DNA of 64,000 bases from Chrysomallon squamiferum (Eukaryota > Animalia > Mollusca): positions 9,982,001 through 10,046,000 of the forward strand of contig CM022676.1 in the NCBI GenBank assembly GCA_012295275.1, written 5' to 3'. How positions within the stretch are numbered: the first letter of the stretch is position 1; every line of letters starts with the position of its first letter. Under the pieces are notes generated by a model. The model had not been told where the DNA came from. It saw nothing but the letters and a program-made list of their open reading frames with translations, and did no database searches. This document shows, in pieces, positions 54,736-64,000 of the stretch. The translations under genes and the position numbers were made by a program.

Positions 54736-55119
54736 TGTGTGGCGAAACTGATAGAAGTGCCTTTGATTGTGATGTCTGTGTTTGGTGCATTTCGAGATGA
54801 AACCTCAGCTTTTAGTTAACTCTTTAACACAGATTTTTTTTTTTTTTTAATATCAGTCCTGTTTCTTGTGCCAGTTCATGTGGAGAATGTCGTTGTTGTC
54901 CACTTCGTGGAATCCTGTTCACTGAGTCTAATAGTATCCACTGACAGTGTTCAGTATAGCTTCAGGAATACTCACTGAATCAAAGGAACTGATGCTCATC
55001 TCCAGTTTGTGTCTCTCTCTTTCCTATCATTGCAGATACCACTTGTGCATTCTCTTTACGAATATTCTGCACGTTACCTCCATCATGACAGAACGACGAA
55101 GGACTTGCGACAGATATAA

Positions 55120-56054
55120 AGACTTAAGACTTTTGAGGGTTACAATGAAAGATAATAAAGGCACATTTAAGTCAGTTCTGAGTTCTTCGAAGGTTACATT
55201 CAGAAGCTAGAGGTTACCTTGCAGATTCCAAGAAACGTAGAAACTCATTTTATTAAATGTTAGCTTATCTACGTGAAAGGACTCGAATATTACTGAGGTA
55301 GTTTAAACAGATAAGCATTTTAAATGCAATACCAGTATGGCTAAGTCTTCTTGAGAACAGATTTTTTTTTTCCTTGAAAAAAAATCATAGCTGCATTCGA
55401 TTATTGTCTTTTCGTGTTTATGTGTGTGTATAAGTTTGTGTTTATATATATATATATATATATATAATATAAATCTACGACAATTACTATCCGTGACAAA
55501 CAGATTTTACGTAACTGGAGAAATAAAAGGTAACAAATCGTCCCGGATTACAACTGATAAACGAAACATTAGACACACCCATCACGTTACAAGTGCACGT
55601 GTCAGTTATATTTCTAATTTCTATTCAGATATGCAGAGAACTGAGTTTTGCTACATGTTTCCATTCGTTATCGAAATAAAACCTCTCCCACTTAGCTAAG
55701 AACATAATCAATTGATATTAAGAATGTGGCCGGTGGGAAAATAAAATAAAATTTTAAAAGCTTAAGGCTAGTGTTCTCAAGTCAGGTGCATTACTGCTTT
55801 CTAGTTACCTGTAAATCGATTTTAATGAACTGAACACACCCGCAGACTAAATACGTTTAGATATATGCATTATTCCCCACATATAGATAGATACATAGAT
55901 ACTTACAAAGACAGACAGATAGGTAGTTAGGTATGTAGACAGATAGATTATATAGATAGGGAGAGAAAACTTTCTTCTTGTTGTTGCTTCTATCCTACTT
56001 CTTCTTATTATTCTTTCTTTCTTTCTTTCACTCTTTGTTTCTTTATTATTTATG

Positions 56055-56120
<66 letters not shown>

Positions 56121-56847
56121 CTTTTCTCCGATTCTTCATCTTTTATTTCATGTAAGTTAGTAAAATTTTAATAATATTATAGAGACACAGAGTAACGAAA
56201 TAATAATTAGAAGAAAAAATAATTTTAAAAAAAATACACTACTGAATACACAAAGTGTGTAATTGTTTTAATTCTTAGGGTTACTTAGTAAATCAAAGGT
56301 AAGGATGGTCTTCTTGTTTCTGATTTCTACTGGTATGAATCAAAGCCAGTGTGCATACGGCCTTTTCCAATACATTCTTATATATGTACGACGTATTTGT
56401 ATAAAATTACATTTAAACATTAAAAAAAAAAAAAAAAAAAAAAAAATACAGCAACAGCCATAATAAAAGTAAAAAGAGGTTAAAACAAGTAATAATAATA
56501 ACAATATATAAATGAATCCTTATTTTAGAGCAATTTACAAGATTAGATAAATGTGCACATACCTTTTGTCGATAACTCGTCTGATTGCACTCAATCGTGA
56601 CCAGGTTTCCTTTTGTATTACTCACTCGTGCGGAACCTCACGCGAGAACGAGTGTTGTTAATATTAATATATGTTCGTAAATCAATGTTGAAGATAATTA
56701 ATTGATATTAATAGGCTACCAAATCACAGTATCTTTTTACTTATTATTATCATACCTATTTTTATTTATTTATTTACTTTATTTTGTTTTATTTATATAT
56801 TTTTGTTTGTTTATTTATTTTATTTATTTTATTTATTTATTTATTTA

Positions 56848-56901
<54 letters not shown>

Positions 56902-58650
56902 GATAACTGCATAAGGAAGCTGACCATAATATAAAAATCGAAAAGTTAAAAGTTTATAATATTCATAAACTTTCAAGTTTTTAGAATATATGACTGCATT
57001 TTTAAAGCTCAATCAAAGCATGTTTACATTTCAGTAAATAACTTCACTGCAATCTATACGCATTTTATATGACAGTGTAGAGTTTGTCTAACATTCATAA
57101 AAACGAATAAGACGTTTTAATTAATACAAAAAAAGTGCATATCTTTCATGGCAGTAGACGATTATTAATGGTTCTAGTAGCTTTTGTAATAACAGTGGCA
57201 GTAATATTTAATACTAATACGACCAGAAAAGTTAGCAGAATACTAATAGTTGTAGTAGCGTTATTACTATCACAGTAACTAATGTGATAGTAATAGTTGC
57301 AGTAGTATCATCAGTAACAGAAGCAGCAGAATATTTATAGTTGTAGTAAAGACATTACTATTAGGATAAATAATGTAATAGTAATAGTTGTAGTAGTATC
57401 ATCAGTAGCAGAAGCAGCAGAATATTTATAGTTGTAGTAGTGATATTACTATTAGGATAAATAATGTAATAGTAATAGTTGTAGTAGCATCATCAGTAGC
57501 AGAAGTAGCAGAATATTTATAGTTGTAGTAGTGACATTACTATTAGGATAAATAATGTGATAGTAATAGTTGTAGTAGTAGTATCACTATCAGATGTAGT
57601 AGAATACTAATAGTTGTAGTAGTAGTATCACTATCAGATGTAGTAGAATACTAATAGTTGTGGTAGTAGTATTATCATTCAGATGTAGTAGAATACTAAT
57701 TTATGGATAAATTATCACTGTCAGATGTAGTAGAATAGTTATGGTAGTAGTATTATTACTGTCAGATGTAGCAGAATATTTATAGTTGGTAGTAGTATCA
57801 TCACTATTAGGATAAATAATAGAATAGTAATAGTTGTGGTAGTAGTATCATCACTATCAGATGTAGTAGAATACTAATAGTTGTAGTAGTAGTATCACTA
57901 TCAGATGTAGTAGAATACTAATGGTTGTAGTAGTAGTATCACTATCAGATGTAGTAGAATACTAACAGTTGTGGTAGTAGTATTATCACTGTCAGATGTA
58001 GTAGAATACTAATAGTTATGGTAGTAGTATCATCACTATCAGATGTAGTAGAATACTAACAGTTGTGGTAGTAGTATCATCACTATCAGATGTAGTAGAA
58101 TACTAACAGTTGTGGTAGTAGTATTATCACTATCAGATATAATGGATATCTAACAGTTGTGGTAGTAGTATCATAACTATCAGATATAATGGATATCTAA
58201 CAGTTGTGGTAGTAGTATTATCACTATCAGATATAATGGATATCTAACAGTTGTGGTAGTAGTATCATAACTATCAGATATAATGGATATCTAACAGTTG
58301 TGGTAGTAGTATTATCACTATCAGATATAATGGATATCTAACAGTTGTGGTAGTAGTATCATCACTATCAGATATAATGGATATCTAACAGTTGTGGTAG
58401 TAGTATTATCACTATCAGATGTAGTGGAATACTAATAGTTGTGGTAGTATTATCACTATCAGATATAATGGATATCTAACAGTTGTGGTAGTAGTATTAT
58501 CACTATCAGATGTTGTAGAATACTAATAGTTGTGGTAGTATTATCACTATCAGGTATCATCACTATCAGATATAATGGATATCTAACAGTTGTTGTAGTA
58601 GTATCATCACTATCAGATATAATGGATATCTAACAGTTGTGGTAGTAGTA
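55120..58650 (-). repeat. Right arm of the long inverted repeat
   Basis: Reverse complement of 30020-32910, with the outer minisatellite strongly expanded. Confidence 0.9.
57240..58650. repeat. 44-47-bp AGT-rich minisatellite (right arm, expanded)
   Basis: cagatgtagtagaatactaatagttgt(a/g)gtagtagtatcactat and variants repeated over ~1.4 kb. Confidence 0.92.
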
Positions 58651-58818
58651 TAGGTCCTGGACTACGTCACGTAAGCGAGAACATCGTGAAACTGAAGGAC
58701 CGGTTCAAATTCCATCCGTATTGTCCAGTTGAAAGGTCGTGATTTGGCTTCCGAGTCTACAAAATGTAAACTAAACTAGATGTGGCCAGAACCTCTTGCG
58801 AATACAAACAAACATTCA
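58651..58818 (+). mobile_element. Possible 5'-truncated tRNA-derived SINE
   Basis: Pol III B-box-like GGTTCAAATTCC near 58701-58712 and a short (AAAC)n tail near 58803-58814; no clear A box. Confidence 0.3.
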
Positions 58819-59157
58819 CTTGGTTATGTATGTGTGTATGTATTTCAACGCTACCATATTTTGTAAAACTGATGTTACGAACGTATAAATATAAGTACTG
58901 TTGTTTGATTGTTTTATTTGTTATTCAGAATCAATCTTTGCTAAAAATAAAGTAATCAGTTCTGAGATGGAGTGTTAAGACCCGAATGCATCTGCTCGTC
59001 AGTTGGTTCATATCTTTTACGTGTTTTTACTGATTTTACTTTATTTTTATTTAATTTTGTATTTTACTTTATTTTTATTTTATTTTATTTTATTATTATC
59101 GTTTTTTTTTAATCGTTTTATTGTAGTGTAAACTAATAACTTCCGACCACCATACCA

Positions 59158-59231
<74 letters not shown>

Positions 59232-60228
59232 GTCTTAAAATACAACTGATAATAAATTAATAATAAAATAAAATAAACAAATAAAAAGGTAAAAGAAACA
59301 AATCATCCACATCTGCGTTTTTAACACGAGACTTTCCACGTGACTTGAAAACCGAGATGTATCGTTTACCTAAGTTATGCAAAACTAACATTGCACATTA
59401 CATGCCTTATTAGGAACGAATAACTAGCTATACGCTGAAGCACAGAATCACTAAAACTACGTGAACACATTTAAAAAAAAGTGGGTTCATCGTTACCCAG
59501 TCTTTGCTATCATCACGACCTCGAAAACAATTTAAATGGCGGCTTTCAAAGGTTTTGTCAGGGGTGAATCTGTTACGAAATCAATGAAGCACGAGCTTCA
59601 AGGTCACAAAACCCAGAGAGAGTAAAAAAGGAACTTTAGTCCACGTAACTTCAAAATTTGATATGTGGCTAAATTATTAAAAATCTTCTACGGAACAAGC
59701 TATAAAAGAAAATAACCATGGTTACCCAGACCTCGTTGCTGCTTGTAAATAGCCCATTATCAGCTTCCTTTTTTTTTTTTTTTTTTTTTTTTAATATCTT
59801 TTTCTTTTCTTTCTTTAGTATTCTTTTTAAATATTTTTAATTATTTTGTTTTTGACACCTGTCTCTTGCAAGCGATAATAGGCCGTCAATAAGCAACTAA
59901 ATAATAATAGAAAACGTCTGAAGTAAAAAAAAACATTCTTATAAGATCATTTATTTGCATGTCCACAGAACACTTTATATTGAAAATATTAAATTGAATA
60001 ATTATATAATTTATTTAATTTCCTAAAATATTAAATAATTCATTTTTCTGTTGTACAAGAGTGAAATCGAAAAACGTTTTCCGAAACTATTTCTCGAAAA
60101 GAGCTCCTCGTTTGTGGAAATTAAAACGGAAGAAAATCAATTTAGTGAAATCTCGTTAAGTTTCGTGTGATGTGTCATGGCTGCTAATAAGTGTCTGCTT
60201 GCCACGAACATATAACAAATACAAAAAT

Positions 60229-60392
60229 ATGGCGTTTGAATTTGGTGACACGAGTTTGACTCTCTTAATTAATGCTGCAATGTCAGTGCTGGGTTTTCTT
60301 TTGTGTCTCAGTATTATACCAAAGTTTAAGGAAATGTTTATAAAAGCAAATCTTTATGGAATGGATCTCTGCAAATCATCCAAGAAAAAGGT
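60229..60392 (+). CDS. DPAGT1: DPAGT1 coding exon 1
   Basis: [54 protein letters not shown](V); donor gtacgt at 60393. Confidence 0.9.
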
Positions 60393-61968
60393 GTACGTAT
60401 TTGGAAAAAAAAAAGAGAAGATATTAATTAATATGATTATTATGCTATTTTAGCTCAGTTTGTTTGCTTTACCTCACAGGACATGGTAAAAAGCTATTTG
60501 TTTTCTCAGAATTTAGCTATGATTCTTTCTTTATACTCCAGTGCAATAATGAATGAATGAATGATAAAAATAATAATATTAAATACTTATACTAAGGCTC
60601 ACTAAAACCTTATGATAATAGTAACTGTTATTAACTTATTATACATACATACATACATACACAGACAGTTACTTGTTATTTATTTTGTTATGTTATTAAT
60701 TAATTTTATTTATTTATTTATTTATTTTTTTATATTTTTAATTTTTTTTTATTCAGACCCGAAGCTTTAGGTGTGATATGTGGAGCTGTCTTTCTTATTC
60801 TCATGTTTCTTTTCATCCCTGTTCCATTTTACAAACACCTAGCAGATAATGAATCAGGCAAATTTCCACACCAAGAGGTTTGTACAAAGAATATTTTTCC
60901 TAATTTGTTTTTTTTTTTCTTTTAGTTGATTATTATTTTATATTATGCTTAATTTTCAATTTTTTTATTTTATTATTTTTAAACATTTAATATGTTCTGA
61001 AGTTTAATATCTAATTAACAAAACTTGTAAATATCTAATTATCTATTTATCTATCTACCTGTCTGTCTGTCTGTCTGTCTGTCTACCTGTCTATAATAAA
61101 TAAGAGATAACTCAGGCATATGCAAAATATATTTAGACTATTTCTTTGAACTTTTACAACATGTAATTCTTTTATATTTCTCAGGGTTGGTTTGAAGTGT
61201 ATATTTAAACTTTAATTATTTTTTCAGTGTTTCATCGTATGAAGTTCATATGTAGAATATATTTATACTTTAAATTTAATTATATTTCAACACATATGAA
61301 GAATATATTTAAACTTTAAATTTAATTATCTGAAGGATATGTTTAAACTTTGATAATATAACTATGTTTTGGTGCATTGGGTTGATTCGAAGTATATATT
61401 TAAAATTTACTTATCTTTCAGTAACTAGAAGAATATTTTAAAACTTTAATTATGTTTCTGTTCATTTAGTTGCAATGAAGAATATATTTAGACTACTTCA
61501 TTATGCACTTAACACCAAACAATTTATTTTTATTTTTATATTTCAGTGTAGATAGTTCATATGGAAAAATTTATTTAAATGCAAAATTTATATCTCATCA
61601 GTTAGGATTCATTATAAAGAATATACTTAAGCCTTAATTAAGTTGATGATATAATTATGTTTCTCTGCAGACAGTTCTCATGAAACATATATTTAGATTA
61701 TTTCATTGTACATTTAAAAACAATAATGTTTAAAATTATATTTCAGTACATAGAATTCATAGCAGCTGTCCTCTCGATTTGTTGTATGATATTTCTTGGT
61801 TTTGCTGACGATGTCCTTGACCTTAAGTGGCGGCACAAACTTCTTCTTCCAACAATGGCGTCACTTCCTCTTTTGATGGTGTATTTTGTCAATGTCAACT
61901 CGACGACAATTATAGTACCAAAACCTCTTCGTCTGCTTTTAGGATTTGATATCAATTTAGGTAAAGGT

Positions 61969-62003
<35 letters not shown>

Positions 62004-62590
62004 CTGTAATTTTAAAAATTAAAGATATTTAATTTCCTCTGTTTTGTGGAGGTTGTCTTCTGTTGGGATTTGGTGTCAGTTTAGATGAAAGGTTTTTTTT
62101 TTTTGTCTTCAAAATATTCTTTATAATGTTAATAATTGAGACGTTTAATTTCTGTGTTAATTATTTTTGTATCAGCTGGTCCCTATTTTGTGATAATCTA
62201 TATTTTGCAGGGTCCATATTTTGTTGTAGCTGTTAAGGGGTTATAAGATACAGTGCTTATTTATTTATTTATATTTTATTTTATTATTATTATTATTATA
62301 TATCTGTCTATGTACGTATCTATTTGTCTGTCATATCTTATTTTATTATTATTATTATTATTTTTTTTTTATTATTATATATCTGTCTCTGTGTATGTAT
62401 CTATCTATTTTTTATTTTATCTTAATATTATTAAAAAAAAAAAATAATTATTATTATTATTATTATTTTTTTAATTATTATATATCTGTCTCTGTGTATC
62501 TATCTATCTATCTATCTAATTATCTATTTTTTAAAAAAAATTTGATATTTTATTATTATTGATTTTTAAAAAATTATATTATTATTATTA

Positions 62591-62646
<56 letters not shown>

Positions 62647-63498
62647 ATTATTATTTTTATTATTACTATTATTTTAAAATACGTTTCAGGTGTTTTGTAC
62701 TATGTCTACATGGGAATGCTGGCTGTGTTTTGTACCAACGCTATCAACATTCTGTCTGGGATTAATGGTCTGGAAGTGGGTCAGGCATGGGTTATTGCTT
62801 TTTCTGTCCTCATTCATAATCTGATGGAATTATCTGGTAATCCAGCAGCAATTAAAATAATCTTTTAAAAAAAATATTTTATAAGTAACTTGGTTTAAAA
62901 TATCTATTTCGAATTTCTTCTAGAAAGCCTAAATGTATTCAGTATACTTTTTTTTAATGTCAGTAATTATATTTGATTCTTATCATCAATCTTTTCTAAC
63001 AATAAAGTATGACTGTAAAATAACAAACTTGAATTTCATTTTTCGTTGTCATTTCAAAATGTTAAAAATTCATTACAGACTGAGTAAATCATGGCAAAAT
63101 GTGTTATATCCTCAGGCTGTTGTGATTTTGTTTTCAAAAATAATATAAATTTAAAAAATGTCGGTTTCGACATATCTTAAAATAAAAGTAGTTTATAAAT
63201 GTATCAGATGAAAATGACTAATGTTGTTCTAATTAAAAAATAACTTTATTCATATTATTGTAAGATTAATTTTTAAATTTTTGAGTCTTAATCAAAAAAT
63301 AGGAAATACCAGGTTCCATTCATATGAAATAAATAGTAAAATGTTTCATTTTGATCTCATAGAAATTAAATTTTATTCATATTATTGTAAGGTTTTTTTT
63401 TTGGTTTTTTTAGGTGATTATCGTCACCATCATGTTTTTTCCATGTATTTTTTGATGCCTTTCATTGGAGTTTGTACAGCTCTGCTTTTTTACAACTG
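60229..63498 (+). CDS. DPAGT1: UDP-GlcNAc:dolichyl-phosphate GlcNAc-1-phosphotransferase (ALG7/GPT), coding exons 1-5; 3' part lies beyond the window
   Basis: Exons 60229-60392, 60757-60877, 61747-61960, 62690-62836, 63414-63498 join in frame. Motifs: [70 protein letters not shown]...YNW. Confidence 0.96.
60757..60877 (+). CDS. DPAGT1: DPAGT1 coding exon 2
   Basis: [40 protein letters not shown]; donor gtttgt. Confidence 0.93.
61747..61960 (+). CDS. DPAGT1: DPAGT1 coding exon 3
   Basis: [35 protein letters not shown]...FDINL; donor gtaaag. Confidence 0.95.
62690..62836 (+). CDS. DPAGT1: DPAGT1 coding exon 4
   Basis: [49 protein letters not shown]; donor gtaatc. Confidence 0.95.
63414..63498 (+). 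CDS. DPAGT1: DPAGT1 coding exon 5
   Basis: [28 protein letters not shown](W); donor gtaggt. Confidence 0.92.
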
Positions 63499-63560
63499 GT
63501 AGGTCAGTTACATTTCAGTTAAATAGTAATATAATATTATTATTGTTATTGTTATTGTTA

Positions 63561-63592
<32 letters not shown>

Positions 63593-64000
63593 GTTATTAT
63601 TATGGTAGATCAGTTACATTTCAGTTAAACAGTAATATAACATTATTATTGTTATTGTTATTATTATTGTTGTTGTTGTTATTATTATTATTATTATTAT
63701 TGTAGGTGATTTACATTTCAATTAAATAGTAATATAACGTTATTATATTATTGTTGTTGTTGTTACCATTATTATTATTATTATTGTTACCATTATTATT
63801 ATTTTTGTTATTATTATTATTAATAATTATTACTGCTATTACTATTATTACTATAATCATCAGCATCATCATCATTATTATTATTATATTATCATCATTG
63901 TTATCATTATCATTAATATTATTATTATCATCATCAATATTACTATTATCATCATCATTATCATCACCATCATTATTATTGTCATCATCATTGCTATTAC

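Noticed and set aside
58651-58760. Functional tRNA gene
   Set aside because: Only a B-box-like motif; no cloverleaf or A box could be built

Overview
AT-rich, microsatellite-dense animal genomic DNA, probably from a lophotrochozoan such as a mollusc (inferred; the species cannot be identified from this window). Two conserved multi-exon housekeeping genes bracket the window. The complete coding sequence of checkpoint kinase Chk1 lies on the + strand (13 coding exons, 231-12205, 477 aa). The first five coding exons of DPAGT1/ALG7 are also on + (60229 to beyond the window end). Between them are: (i) about 16 kb of nested tandem repeats (a 133-bp triplet, four 60-bp minisatellite arrays within a 1.3-1.8-kb higher-order unit, and a diverged kb-scale repeat); (ii) a ~28-kb CpG-rich accessory block bounded by ~3-kb inverted repeats. 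That block holds a recently amplified, intronless-CDS FkbM-family SAM methyltransferase with an N-terminal membrane anchor. There are two intact copies (+), one inverted copy with a single nonsense change (-), a truncated older paralog and further intron-only remnants. The leading hypothesis is a birth-and-death cluster of type II Golgi glycan O-methyltransferases next to the first enzyme of N-glycan synthesis; this function is inferred, not shown.
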